Assembly (NCBI GenBank): GCA_001949185.1 | Contig: BDGG01000001.1 | Location: forward strand, 6,733,591 to 6,797,590 | Reading direction: 5' to 3' | Length of the DNA: 64,000 nt | DNA from: Ramazzottius varieornatus | Taxonomy: Eukaryota > Animalia > Tardigrada | In this document: positions 1 to 12,507 of the stretch, in pieces | Layout of the letters: every line of letters begins with the position of its first letter | Position numbering within the stretch: position 1 is the stretch's first letter | Program-made: the position numbers and the translations under genes | The notes under the pieces: model-generated | Told to the model about the DNA's origin: nothing | The model's database searches: none | The model's input: only the letters and a program-made list of their open reading frames with translations

Positions 1-1780
1 TCTGGTGAAAGCAGCGGAAACGGAAACAGTAAGCTTAGTAAAAAAACCGTCGCACTTCATTACAGTATTCACTGGACTGTGGGTGTGTTTTGCAGTCGTG
101 TCGGAACTGAAGCGTATCGGGGCCACTTCGACTCCTGTACCAGGTAGGCACGTAAACTGTTTGTCCGGTGGTCAGGGCAATGGGCATGTAAAGTGGTAAC
201 GTTCGTGGTATGCTTCAGAGGGTAGCGATGAGCCTATGGACGACAAGTCGCCTCCTCAAGGCAAAGCCCAAGGCACATCCCAACGTGGGAGCTGTGCAAG
301 CAAAACGTACAAGACTATTATCTTGAGTGGCGCATGTCTTCTTTGCGACTGGCCGGAAGTCTGCGCCACTCAACTTCACTATCTTGTACGGCTCGTTTGC
401 CCAGCTCAGTAGCTAGTCCTACCGTGTGATTACCCAAAGTCCTACCGTGTACCCTTAGACACAGAAAGTGACGAAGAAGGAGGAAGTCAGTCGAGTGTTG
501 CCAATCTTGACGCCACTACGGTAAAGATTGTGCCTTCGCTGCCTGCGTTGCCGTCGTTCGCATCCATTGCCGCCACGAAGCCCATTGCTGAAGCCTTTAG
601 CTCGGGATCCCCAGGTATGCCGTAGCTTCGAACTTGTCGAAGGTCTCGCTTGAAAGATGAGATGTCTCGGTTTGGTTATATCGTAAAAAAATTCTAGGAG
701 GGAAACATCTCGCGCGCCGCTCAATCTTGATGGAAAAGAGTCGATCTCCTTCGAAGGCTGCACAGGTGGATCGATCTCAGTCTCAGAGTCTCAACGACGG
801 TATGAGCAGCTCGATCGTGTCTAACGGTAAGATACCTACCGTCCCACTTGGAATTAAAAAGATCTCTCTGAAAACTGGACTAGTTTGTTCTTGAACGGGA
901 GCTCGGTAGACAGACTCGACCAGGTCGTTGCCCTAAGTGGCGCAGGCTCTTGGCGGTATTGGCTCGAAACGCGCGCCACTTCAGTGGGAAAATCATCTGG
1001 CGAGTTCGCTTACCTGGCTACCAAACAAGTCCGCTAGTTTTGGATCCATCCATATGTGTTGTTTTTGTAGAAGTTCCTGAGCCTGCTGTTGGTCCAAGAA
1101 TCCCTAGAGCTTCGGCCGAGCGTCCGGCCAGGAGGGCGGCAGGACGCCCATCTGCTCAAAAGAAGCGACCCTCCACGTCCAGAGGTGAGTTTCAGATGGA
1201 CACTGCCAGTGCTTGTAATGGGGACGTCGGAAGATAAACTGAGCATGATCGTCATGGATCGTCTACGTTATCGTTGTTATCGGCTCAATGGGTGCGCCAC
1301 TTCGGCAAACGATTGTGTACGAATCATTTGCCCACGTCCCAGTAAAAAGGCTTTTAAAATCCTTTTTCGTTTCGGAACAGGTAAGAAGCAAGCGTTGCCG
1401 CAGTACGAGGTGGAGAATGTGTTGGGTGCAAAGTGGACTGGAACCGAGACTTGGTACCTGGTTCAGTGGAAAGGGTGAGCATGGCTAATGAGAGTTTTCT
1501 TATGAAACATTTTCGCTGAAAAGCAATGACGATGGTCTCACAGATATAACTCGCCGGATGATAACACCTGGGAGGATCAGTATAGCATGAAAGATGCTAG
1601 GGATCGAGTTAAAGAATTTGAGAACGTTTACGGGTAAGAAAAATTTGCCGTATAAACCGCTGTGAGTCTGTTTGGTCATGCGACGTTAGTACCTCATGTA
1701 GGATTGCTGGCCATAAGGTCCCGCTGATAATGTCTCCGGAAGGTGAGACCGCCGAGAAGCTGCGAACGATCAAAGACTAG
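1..1780 (+). CDS. Chromodomain-containing protein, 3' part (multi-exon, 5' end outside window)
   Basis: GT-AG exons ~1071-1184, 1381-1474, 1544-1633 and 1702-1780 splice to ...QYEVENVLGAKWTGTETWYLVQWKG-YNSPDDNTWEDQYSMKDARDRVKEFE..., a classical chromodomain (YEVE..L...YLVxWKGY...NTWE). Upstream exons near 96, 219, 458 and 697 encode low-complexity S/P/E-rich sequence. TAG at 1778-1780. Confidence 0.8.
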
Positions 1781-2318
1781 CACTGGATGAAGATAGGCTT
1801 GGAAGGAAATCGGAAGTGAAAGTTTAATTTTGTTTTTTGTCGTTTCGTTGATTTTCAGTCATGGCGCTGAGGAAGAGAAGTGGGATGGTGTAAAGCGGCA
1901 GTGTTGGTGCAACGAAGGACTTCTGATTTTCGCGGTTTCTGTAAGACCTTAACGCAATATGGCTTTTGTTCCTAAAAAGTTCTTTCGACCGATTGGTCTT
2001 TGAAGATACCTCAATCGTTATTCTGACCTTATTCTGTCCCTCAGAATTTACCAAAGTCTGCAGACCAAATTTTTGTACCTTGTTTTCTGATGATTATTAT
2101 GACGGAAATGCCTGATGCACAAAAACCCTAACACGCTTTCCTTCCCGGTTTGTGACTATTAAAAAATTCAGCGTAGTACGAAAACAAGAACGAAATTCGG
2201 ATATTAGCAAAACTGAACTAATACTGTATGCGAACAAGTAGCAAATCAAGTTATGCTTAGGAGTTCACAAAATGAGCATGGATGAAGTTATGTACAGACG
2301 ACGGACGAAGGTTCTTCT

Positions 2319-3126
2319 TTAAGGTTGGATGTCCTTCTTGTACCATCGGGTAGATTCGATGTCACCGACCTTGGAATGCTGTAAGGAAAGAAAAGTTTAA
2401 GCTTATGCAGGGTTGATTAGAAATTGAGAGATGGCTTCTTTCTTACCACTTCCATTTCGGTTCCGTTGACACGGTAGGTGTCGAAGATGGTGAGGTTTCG
2501 GGATGGAATGAAGTTCTCGCTCTTCAGGATATCACCGTCCTCACTGAAGGTATACTGCAAAATATTCATCCGGTGTTACAAATTGTTTCGATTCGAGGAC
2601 TTGAAAGTAATTTAAGCTGGAGCTGAGGTGACCGGGATACTGGATTTCGTACCGTGAAGGATGTGCCGTTGAAGGTCGACTTTGACTGCAGGCCCATGGT
2701 GAACTCTAGCTCCATCTTGTAGCTGATCTCAGGAACCGTGACCTTGAGGTGGAAATGGTCATCTTCTTTCCAGAACTTGATGAAATTCTTGTGATGGGGG
2801 TCACGAGCTCCGGGATGTCCGTGTCCTGCAAAGCAGTATTCGTGAGTTGATGGACTCTGAAGGCGTTGAGGAATTTTTTTCTGCTGTTTTTACCGAGGAC
2901 GGTGGCGAAGGCTTCGTAGTTGAATCGACGGTCGGTTGACTCCCATTTTCCCAACCACACTTTGCCCTCGAACTGGGCGGTGCGTTCGTTGTGGATCACT
3001 CCGCAGAATGCGACACCTAAGAGGACGATTCGGTGAGTGGGTATGAAAATGTAATCGCCATCTTTGATAGGTGACGGAATCGCCCAACTTACCAACAAGG
3101 AGGAAAAACAGGATAACGGACGCCAT
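2319..3126 (-). CDS. SAHS: SAHS-family protein (paralogue A), 5 exons
   Basis: Exons 3126-3093, 3016-2894, 2825-2653, 2554-2447, 2378-2319 give MASVILFFLLVGVAFCG...FEGKVWLGKWESTDRRFNYEAFATVLG...FWKEDDHFH...HSKVGDIESTRWYKKDIQP*. Signal peptide, SAHS GKW motif and C-terminal RWYKK are present. Confidence 0.9.
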
Positions 3127-3858
3127 GTTGAGTTTCGAGAAGAGGACTTGCAAAGAAGAGAAACTGAGCTGTGATCGGTTGAAATACGGAAGAAAGAATA
3201 CTGCGATCGGGCAAAGTTTATGTCGTACCGAAACTTGAACGCGATGGAAGTGACCAACCTCCTCGGAGAATAGGACAAAGAAGCTTTGCCTGCTTGATAA
3301 GGCAGGCGTTGGCAAAGGCTATTTTGGTCGGCTTTATGTTCGGAGAAGTTCCTTGCTCAGATAGAGGGGTATAAATGTATTGCCCTGTATCGGTTCACAT
3401 CTCTCAGATAAAGGATGATCTTGCTTCTCTCTTCCTGCCTTACTATCTTCACCGGAAGACAGAAGACAAAGGTCTTTGTTCCCCTTTGCAATTGCTTACT
3501 GTGCTGACAAGTCTTGGTGCCAACCAAGATTGCTAACTATTCCCTGAGGAAGCGAAGTAGAAACGCTGTAGCAGATCTTCTTGAACAATGGGTGGATACC
3601 TTGTCGCACCGGGAAGCCGTTTTGATGGCGCCCTGTACGAAGCCTTGCTCAATTGCAAATTTTTGATGGCATGTCGTAAAGCATTTTGCAAGTCATGCAA
3701 CCAATTTGATTGTTTTTCTTTCTACCACCAAAGAACAAACTTCGTTTATTTTTACTGAAAAACGCCGTCGGGAAAAGACTTGGTGAAAGCTTTGCACAAA
3801 ACCTGGTTATCGTTATGAAAACACCACGTTTCATCTGCAGTCGGGTGTAAGAAACATA

Positions 3859-4740
3859 TTAGACGGCGTTGTTCACCTTCTTGTACCATTTCTTTCCGGT
3901 AGCACCGTTAGAAGTGAAGATCTGCGAATACAAAACCAGTGAGTGAACTCGTCTGTAATGCATTATCAGGAGAAATAAGTTTGAATTCAGTAATATCGGT
4001 GTTCCTACATGTTCCAGTTCGTCACCGGTGACTTTGTAGGTGTGGGTCATTTCGGTGTTTTTCGAGGGAATATTCAGCTTAGAGTCGAGCTGATCTCCGT
4101 TCTCGGTGTAGACATACTACAAAAAGACCGGTTGAATTGATGATTATTGCTCAGAGCATGAGAACGCTTAAACACCGAAGGGAGAGCAACGATACCTTGA
4201 CTTCAGTGCCGTCCATCGAGTAGGTTCCTTCCTGGCCGATCTTGAAGTCCCACTCCTTCTTGTGGTCGGTTCCGGGGAAAGTCATCTGGGCATGGTAGTG
4301 GCTGTCGCCTTCCTTGTAGATGGTGATGATAGCCTTCTGCTTTCCGCTGTAGAGAGATTGGTACTTGGGCTCGATGTTGGCGGCCTTGACAAAGGCTTCC
4401 CAGTTCTCGGGTGTCTTGTCAGTCGACTCCCATTTTCCCAACCAAGGCTTGCCAGTCCATTGGGCCTTAGATTCGTCATGGGGCCTGGCGGCAATAATTA
4501 CAGCGAGACCTGCAAAAAGAAGAGCTTTCACTTGACGATATCAACTTACAGTACGTGTAGTAAAAACGGGACACCTACGAACGAATTTTCCCAGATCGTT
4601 TCCAAGTGGCGCACGCCCTCAGCGAACAATAACGATATCGTGCGCCACTGGAAATAACGGCCTGGGTGAATCATTTGCCGGAAGTCCCAAATGAAACAAT
4701 ACACACCGCACAGGATAGCAGCAACGAGGGCGGACGACAT
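3859..4740 (-). CDS. SAHS: SAHS-family protein (paralogue B; recalled as probably RvSAHS4), 4 exons
   Basis: Exons 4740-4707, 4509-4196, 4116-4009, 3921-3859 give MSSALVAAILCGLAVIIAARPHDESKAQWTGKPWLGKWESTDKTPENWEAF...IFTSNGATGKKWYKKVNNAV*. The family is clear; the paralogue number is from memory only. Confidence 0.92.
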
Positions 4741-5528
4741 CTTGGTTGCGATGGGAAGCGAGGAAGAACGGGTAAGCTGGAAAGAAAAATGGAGCACTGC
4801 AATCGAGCTGGACCGGCTTTCCATAATTTATAGGGGAACGAGGAAGTGGATGGTCATCCATCGGTGCAGGCAATCAAGATCTGTGTGGAAGACGGGCAAA
4901 GGTCGGCAGAAAAGCGTGGTGTGTTTTTTCATTCGGGGATGGTTCAGACTTCGGACTCCAGTCGTCTGTATACTTATCGCCTACCGTACATCGGAACATG
5001 TGCTCGCCGGATGTTTTTTGGTGACCATGAAAGTCACAGTTTGAGGTTAGTCATGCCGAATCGTTGCCGATATATTCCGATACGGCGATAACGGGACAGA
5101 ATATTTATATCTTTGTTCCAACTTACAAGGTTCTGCAGTCACCCAAAGAACGCCGCGTAAAATTAATGATTTTGTCGCAACAAATTCCAACCTTGCCCCC
5201 TTCCATACACAGGCGATTAGGGTTTAGCCGTTTTGCTCAAATTTGTCTTCACTTTAGTACAGTTGTAAAAATACAACAGGGTGATATTTTGGAAAATAAA
5301 TACGTTCCTATGGGTAGATGGAGCTCATATTTGCGCAGCATGCGCTCTTCCAGGTGCAGCAGTCACATCGCCCCTGACTTCTGCGCCAGTAAGATTAAGT
5401 ACAGAATGTTGACATCCTATCAATAATCAAGCTACTGTGCGATAGTCAGTGCTCAGACTCGTGCAGACAGCTGGAGTTGACTTGGGTTTGTGTGGCCGAT
5501 TCTGCGAAGAAGGGTGGCGACGCAAAGG

Positions 5529-6618
5529 ATGCCGGATCCTTCTCCTTTATCTTGGCGGGAACCGTTGATCCTTGGCATTACTGGGTGAGTTGGCTAAAGT
5601 GAACAACGCACTTGGAGCCATCTTGTTTCGAACAGAGTCGACTGAACTGCCATCAGAGTTCGATTTTGTGCAATGCTATTTTTACTTCTAGGACGACGAA
5701 TGCTGGCAAAACGACTTTGGCTAATAAGCTTTTGGAGCGCTTTCCGGGTTCCCGGATCATTCATCAGGATGACTTTTTCCGCGCGAAAGACGATCCCGCA
5801 CACGAGCATGTCGAAAACTTAGACCACCACAACTGGGACTGTAAGTCGGTCTTGTTTCCTACCAGAATTGCTTGCTGATCCTTGCATTAATGAAGTCGCA
5901 TCAGAATTCCAGAATTTACCGTACTATACTGCGCAAGTGAAGCTGAGTTATGATGGCTACGGTTATTTCCACGCTGATATGCGTCTACACGAAATCCTTT
6001 CGTGGACAAGTATGAACTACCATGTGCTTCTGTGACTACTATTTTCGATTTCAGGTTTGTCGGCGATAAAGGTGGATGAGCTCATACAAACCTTCTACAA
6101 GTATCGAGACGAGTTGGGAAAATCTGGACATGAGGGTCAATACTTGAATGGTCACACAGCACAAGGCGGCGCTCGTGGTCAGCCAATGCTTATCGTCGAA
6201 GGTATCCTGGTCCTTAATATTCCTGAAATATCCGACGCCTGTAACCTGAAGTACTTCCTACACCTGACCGAAGAAGAATGTAAAGCCCGGAGACTATTGC
6301 GCAACTACGACCCACCGGATGTGCCGGGATATTACGAGCAAGTCGTTTATCCGATGCATGAGTATTATTCCGCTCAACTTCACAGAAGATACAAAGATAT
6401 CTGTAAGTAAGGAAAACCTCTTTGTCGCGATGGTACGGTTCTGTAAAGCTTATTACAAAAGGTGGTACTCCCTAGATGCTGCTACATTTGGATCATTGTT
6501 TATGACAGGTTATATCGAAGGAACGGACGACCCCGAGAAGATTTTCCAGAAGGTTCTCTGTGATATAGCAGGCTACGGCTACTCGCCCAGCACAAAACCT
6601 CTCGGAACGACTTCCTAA
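5529..6618 (+). CDS. NMRK1: Nicotinamide riboside kinase (NRK1/NMRK-like), 4 exons
   Basis: Exons 5529-5584, 5692-5840, 6055-6402, 6509-6618 give LILGITGTTNAGKTTLANKL...IIHQDDFF...LIVEGIL...ECKARRLLRNYDPPDVPGYYEQVVYPMH. This matches the NRK P-loop (GxTNxGKTT), QDDFF and R.Y.PPD.PGY motifs. Confidence 0.9.
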
Positions 6619-7302
6619 GAAGAATCAGTATTTTTGCAGACTACACGCTCAAATTTAGGCTTCGATTTGGAGACCCTGAGCGTAGTCCAGAAAACGCTCG
6701 TCATTTAAGTTAGCGGCGAATTTGATTTCATTTAAACACAAGATACGCTGTATACGTCCTGGTGCCTCAGCGAATCTTTACCTTACACCGTTTGATTTTC
6801 ATGGACTCGCCTATAACCCTTCGTCCCTCAAGCATGGTCTTAAACATTCTGCGCCTGTTTCATTTTATCGACATCGGGATGAAACTAGCTGATTCCTTTT
6901 TTCAACGACAGCTTGATCAGCTTTGGCCACTCAGTGTCACCTTCGAGGCAGCCGCGCGGCGCATGCATGGTGGTTTGATGGTCTGATTCGCGAAATATTT
7001 GTTTTCGGCTTAGCCTGTACCAAACCTTTACGCCATCATGGATCTCACTTGCCTCATCTTGGGGTAGGATCGAAACTTGGGACTTGGGACCAAAGCGTGC
7101 CGAATAATGAGAGAGTGAGTGGAGGTTTCGATGAGCGGTTTCAATGTAAGAGTTCGTGCCAAAAGCAGGTCGAACTTGCATAGGGAAACTGAATGAGGAA
7201 AGAGCTGTCAAGATTTCTAGCTACAGATGGATAAATGCGACAGCGAAAAAGTGTTTACATCAGAACGAAAAATGGAACAGTTATATGGCATTCGTCAAAC
7301 AT

Positions 7303-8066
7303 CTACGACGAAGAGCTCTTCTTGTACCATCTCTTGGCGGTGACATCTCCAACCTTGTAGGTCTACATAATACAACAAAATGTCAGATGCACTTCCCCTT
7401 TAGTGCTACGTTGTCAAGAGCCCATCGGAGAACCACTTAGGCCAGTACGTACCTTCTCGAGTTCGTCTCCATTGACTTTGTATTCGTCATGGATAACCTT
7501 GTTTCGGGATGGAACGTGGACTTCAGCCTTCAGGTTTCCGCCATCCTCGGTGTACTTGTACTTGATCTCCGTGTTGTTGTGTTGGGTTGTTCCTTCCTCG
7601 TTGAGCTAGAAACCAAGGAAGACAATAAATAAGTAGGCACCGGTGATCAGCTTGGGCGAAGAGTTTCACAATGTGTGTACTTTGAAGTTAACGTCGTTCT
7701 TGTAGTTCTTGTCGGGGACGCTGATTTGGTGGTGGTAGTGGTCACCCTCCTTCCAGATCTTGTGGAAGGTCTTGTGGTTTCCACCGTACTGTTCGAGAGG
7801 AAGACCAAGGGCGGAGATGAAGGCGTCAAAGTTCTCTATGCGATCAGTGGATTCCCACTTGCCCATCCAGCTCTTTCCGGTCCATTCTGCCTTGGCATCG
7901 TCGTGGCCTTCAGCCGGAGCGCCGTAAGCGGCCACAACGCAACCTGGCAAGAACCATAAAGTTTTGAGAATTCAAATACTTTCGTAATTCGATTGCAAAC
8001 AAAGAATCCAGAGAGCTCCAGAAAAAACTTACCCAGAAGGGCGATAGCGACAGCTGCGCGAGACAT
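7303..8066 (-). CDS. SAHS1: Secretory abundant heat-soluble protein 1, 4 exons
   Basis: Exons 8066-8033, 7943-7681, 7605-7453, 7362-7303 give MSRAAVAIALLGCVVAAYGAPAEGHDDAKAEWTGKSWMGKWESTDRIENFDAFISALG...TYKVGDVTAKRWYKKSSSS*, recognised as RvSAHS1. Confidence 0.95.
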
Positions 8067-8145
8067 GCTGGTTTGGTTGTATGGCAGGAATGCGCTGAGA
8101 AAACACTGAAAACTTGGAATGAGGAAGTCTTTTCGATGGCGATCA

Positions 8146-8152
8146 TTTTATA
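8146..8152 (-). promoter_or_regulatory. TATA box of SAHS1
   Basis: TATAAAA on the - strand ~80 nt upstream of the ATG. TATA-like motifs sit at similar distances upstream of paralogue B (~4827-4832), paralogue F (~20730-20736), SAHS2 (~22310-22317) and paralogue I (~29189-29195). Confidence 0.65.
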
Positions 8153-8219
8153 CTGGTCAAGTTTGGGGCTTCGATGCGATAATCAGCTGTATGTATCACG
8201 GAAGAGCAAAGGTTAGTGG

Positions 8220-8234
8220 CGAACTTTCGAGAAT
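8220..8234. promoter_or_regulatory. Candidate heat-shock element (three perfect alternating nGAAn units)
   Basis: cGAAc-tTTCg-aGAAt, ~70 bp upstream of the SAHS1 TATA box. Confidence 0.45.
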
Positions 8235-9047
8235 TTTTCGGTAATAGAATGACTGGACAAGGCGGTGGCGGTGTTTCACCAAGACTTTTTCCTGAACTTA
8301 TTTGGGCCACGGCGAACTGCCTTTGTCTTCCCATTGATGTTCGCGGGAGTGAAACCAGACCTTAAGAGCTTGTTCCGGGCGTGATCTGAAAGTGTTGAGC
8401 CTCATTTGCTGAATGGTGGAAAACCATGCTAAGGGTTGTTGTCTACCTCGTGTTGTCTGAATTTCTTTCTGGCCAGTGTCCCAAAAAGTCGAACTTGCTT
8501 CTCAGAAAAGTACCTTGTACCTACTTTCGAAAACAATAAGACCGCTGAGTTTTTGTGATTGCCTGTCATACTACCTTTTGCTGAAAAACAACAGCCATTT
8601 TCTAACTTCATACAGCGTACCCGAGTCCTCACTGGCTTACAGCACGGCGAGGCTCTAACCAGCCCCGTTCAGGCCAGTCAGCGTTGTTGACGATAGTGAT
8701 TGTATCGGAATGTCTAGGAAACTAGTTCTCACGCGGAACATTTTCCGTTTTTTGCATGTAGGCAGCGCTTCCGTCGTAGATCGCAGTACATGATATTCAC
8801 TGGGACAAAAAAAAATATGGTTCGTCACCGCGCAAAGTTTCCCACAGAAAACCTCTAGACAGCAGAAACGATGACTGTGAAAAGACAGAAACGCGGCAGG
8901 GTTATTCTGTCAAAAAACCCAGAGCTATCCCGAAATGGAAATGAACATCCAACAGTTAGTTAAAATGGCAGACATACATGAAAAGCACTTCCATGAGGAA
9001 TCATAACTCGAAGGCAGAACTATCACAATTAATGGAGGCGACAGGGC

Positions 9048-9865
9048 TCAGTTCTGCTGCTTGTTATACCAGCGCTTGTGAACGACACCCTCGCATTCGG
9101 AAGTCTGCAAGAAACGAGCACCGCTGTCAACAAATTATCAGACCGGCGTTTCCAGGAAAAGAGCTGCAAAAGAGGAAGTAAGATTTGATACCTTGGTCAG
9201 GTTCTGCCCATCCATCTTGTAGGTATTATGGATGACTTTGTTATGGGCGGGATACTTGATGGTACCCACCAGAGCACCGCCTTGTTCCTCATAGTTGACA
9301 GTAAACTGTTGACCGTTGTAAGATCCGGGAGTCTCTTGCCCGAGGCGGAAAATAACCTGGAAGAAAAACGAAAGGAAAATGTAGGCCTCCCGGTCCGAAA
9401 TACCATACATATGACACGCATGGTATCACCACGCTTCCCCATTAAGGCACACATGGATCAATATGAAAGGCGTTACTACATTCACGTCGGGTAAAGCAAC
9501 GTTACTGTGAAGAAAGTTGCCAGGTCCATCATACTTACATCGTTAATGTAGCCGGCTTCCTTGACCACGATCTTGTGATGGTACTCGTCACCCTTCTTGA
9601 AAGTGTGGAGTGTAACGGGTTGGTCCTTCTTCATGTTGGGATGGCTCATGTCGACACCTGTTGAACCGGAAGTGGAAGATGCCAGCCGAACAGTGACAAT
9701 CAATCAAGCATGAGACTCAGGCTTACCCATGGCAGCGAGATAAGCCTCCAAATTATGATCCTTCTCTGGGATAGAACACCACTTGCCCAGCCACGGTTTG
9801 CCGGTCCACTCTGCGCCTTCTTCTCCCCGAGTGATGTCGGCATCTTGAATCTGCTTGGAGGCCAT
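9048..9865 (-). CDS. SAHS: SAHS-family protein (paralogue E), no recognisable intact signal-peptide exon
   Basis: Exons 9865-9727, 9657-9539, 9356-9192, 9104-9048 give MASKQIQDADITRGEEGAEWTGKPWLGKWCSIPEKDHNLEAYLAAMG-VDMSHP...KKGDEYHHKIVVKEAGYIND-VIFRLGQE...TSECEGVVHKRWYNKQQN*. There is an in-frame TAG just upstream; the start codon is uncertain. Confidence 0.8.
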
Positions 9866-10172
9866 CGTAGGGTAGTTGTTACTTCCGCAAACCTAAGGAG
9901 CAAGGCAACGAAAACGCTGCAGCGATCAGAAGCCAAGAACGAAGCAAGCACTGACGAAAAGCAGAAGAACGGGTCTTCCGCGAGAGCTGTAGTTATAATA
10001 CCCTGGATCCAGAGGAGTAAAAGCTGCAACGAGATTACTCCAAAGACATTTGAGATAAGAAATGGTATCGGACTATCGGAAGACGGATCCAAGTCGCATG
10101 GAAAACCATAAGAAGGAGCATAACATTGAGTCATTGACCAGCGTTGGACCACTCTGGTTGGACCTTGGACTA

Positions 10173-10703
10173 AGGTTGTAAATTCCAGGCCGAATGCCCT
10201 TGGAATGGAAAATAGGAAAGAATTCTCAATATTTCTATATTCCTATTTCCTTCTCCAGAAGGTCCTCACAAAAATCCGGAATTCCAAAGTCCCATTTGCC
10301 AGTTTAGTTCTTTTTACATACCCATCTAAAACAGTAAACATGTCATCAACAAATATTGGTTTTGAGACTGAAAGCCAGCTGGAGATTGACCGATCCGAAC
10401 TTTCGGTCTTGTCGGACCTGAAAGTCCAAGGGAAAATCAAAGACTTACGCACAGTTGAATACGCCGCATACTTTAGTGCGACGGATCGAAAATGCTATTG
10501 GTCATTCAACCGATCGACCAATTAGCCTCAGTGGTGCGCATGTGTGAGCCAGCATCGGGTTCAGTTTTTCGACAGGATCTGCTGGATCTTCGCCTGTTTA
10601 CCTCGTGGAATTCCTAAATTTTCTCCGAGTTTTGCTAGTTTTCCATATAGGAATCCCACCGTTCCAAAATTTGGAAAGCAATGGAATTATGAATTTACAA
10701 CCT
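10173..10703 (+). mobile_element. MITE-like repeat, left copy (own TIRs AGGTTGTAAATTC...GAATTTACAACCT)
   Basis: Terminal 13-14-bp inverted repeats. 10170-10668 is the reverse complement of 18569-19067, and the ORF track shows identical spurious translations on opposite strands. Confidence 0.85.
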
Positions 10704-11612
10704 TGTTAATGGCTTCAGGTAATCTCATTGGGCCTGTATCACACATTGCGTACCTCGTACATAAGTTATAGTGGAACTTCAATATGCAGTAAAACGGATC
10801 GCGGTTGCAAGCTGCGGGGGTCGGCGCACAGTTGTTGCAGGTCGTTAACAAAACATCCAAAGGCAACCGTCAACGCGTGGAAACATACCTGTACATCCGG
10901 GTTTCGACCGTCGATGCGCGGTATCCTTCAGTTGGAAGCATGCATAATTAAGATCGGGGGTTAATTACACAATCGAGGGTTAGAAACTCCGAGGCTAAAT
11001 GTTTCTCGCAGCTTCTACACGTACAACTCAAGGTGTAAACCAGCGCGGCGGCCCGCGCCAGTGTTCACGCACATGATGCGGATCCCGGACTTGATGGAGA
11101 TCGCTGGCCTAGCTGGGCCCAAGCCGGGATGCACGTCAAAACGGCAATGCGTACACCAGATGAGATATCAGATACGCGATTCGATGTTTGGTACTATCAA
11201 ACGAAAAATTTCTTTGAAAGTTCGCGGAAGGACCTCCATAACCCGGAAAGCGCATTGTAACATATTATATAACTACTGGTGTAACTGTGCGTTGACCAAA
11301 TCTTTTGCTGTATTCCCACTAAGGTTCTGCGCAGTACGTCAACACAAAAGTGAATTATACCCCGCAAAAAATTTAGGGTACATCAGACTGATTGTTTGAT
11401 TTTTGCCCATCAGGTTGTCACTTATTGCTCATTGTTTTCTGAATTTTTAACCGGAAGCACATTGCTGAGCTTCTTGCCGCAATGAGCTCTAAAACTCACA
11501 GTATCTACTCTGTGAAGGAGGCTAAGCGTCATGTCATTGCACTGGAAAGGTGGGCGGGAATCATTCGGAGTTACGCCAAGGCTGTTGGAATACCTGAATC
11601 GACATTGCGCCT

Positions 11613-12260
11613 TTGGACGTAAGAACTGCTTCAAGTTGTTTCGGATCCTTTAGTGTTTCGCCGATAACTTTTGTCATTCTCAGGTCTGGAAAGCTTCCAG
11701 AAAACAGCAAAAACTCCGCAAAGCAGATTATGCACCCTGAACTCGATGTAGAGGTGTACAGCAAATACGAAGAGCGTCTCGCGCAGCTCAAGCCCACTCG
11801 TGATTTTGACCTGCAAAGAATGGCTCTTGCCGCTGCTGTCAAGCTGGGGCATTGGAAGGATGGGTGGAGAAGTTTAGAAAGCGACGTGGAATAGTTTTGA
11901 GAGTCACGATGAAGATTGGCCGAAAGGTCAGCTTATTACGGTGTCTGACGTCACGATGGTGGAACCCTGATTCGCGATCGCGCGCCAGCGCATGGGGGTT
12001 GCGAAAGTCAGCATCTACTGGAAAATCTGGGTACTGAACAGGTGTTCATTCCCGCTAGACTCACTGGTACCTATCAACTTCTTGACGTAGGTATTGACTT
12101 TCTCTTTAAATCGTACCTGCGGCGATCTTACCATGTCTGGAGGGACGATCTCACCGCTGTTACCAAGAGTGCGTACTTGAAGAAGCCGAGCCGCCAAGAC
12201 TTCATCCATTTTGTTCAAAATCAAGGTTTCTACGGTAGAAAATTCTTTTGTTGGAGCTAA
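11613..12260 (+). pseudogene. Degenerate pogo/Tc2-type (CENP-B-like HTH + DDE_1) transposase
   Basis: Frameshifted pieces ELDVEVYSKYEERL...LQRMALAAA / GWVEKFRKRRGIVLRVT (CENP-B-type HTH) and FIPARLTGTYQLLDVGIDFLFKSYLRRSY...TKSAYLKKPS (DDE_1 QPLD region). Confidence 0.75.
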
Positions 12261-12507
12261 TATTATGCCAGAGCCTTCGTAAATGTTAGCTGGACAGGAA
12301 GAGATTATGGATAGTCCTGAGGATTTGGAGGCCCCTTTCGAGTGTAGTTTCAGTTCGGTGGAAGATTCATTCACAGAAGAATAAAGCGTGACTGTGTATG
12401 GAAATTGATTGACGAGCCATTGATTGACGACCTAGTTGTTTTTCTGTACCCGGCAGGTAATATTTACGGGCTTGTCACGTGACTGCGTAGAAGCTCAGAG
12501 GTAAGTA

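Noticed and set aside
10205-10525. 106-aa ORF duplicated in reverse within 18712-19236, and its 69-aa antisense partner
   Set aside because: These are translations of the non-coding inverted repeat arms, with no protein motif.
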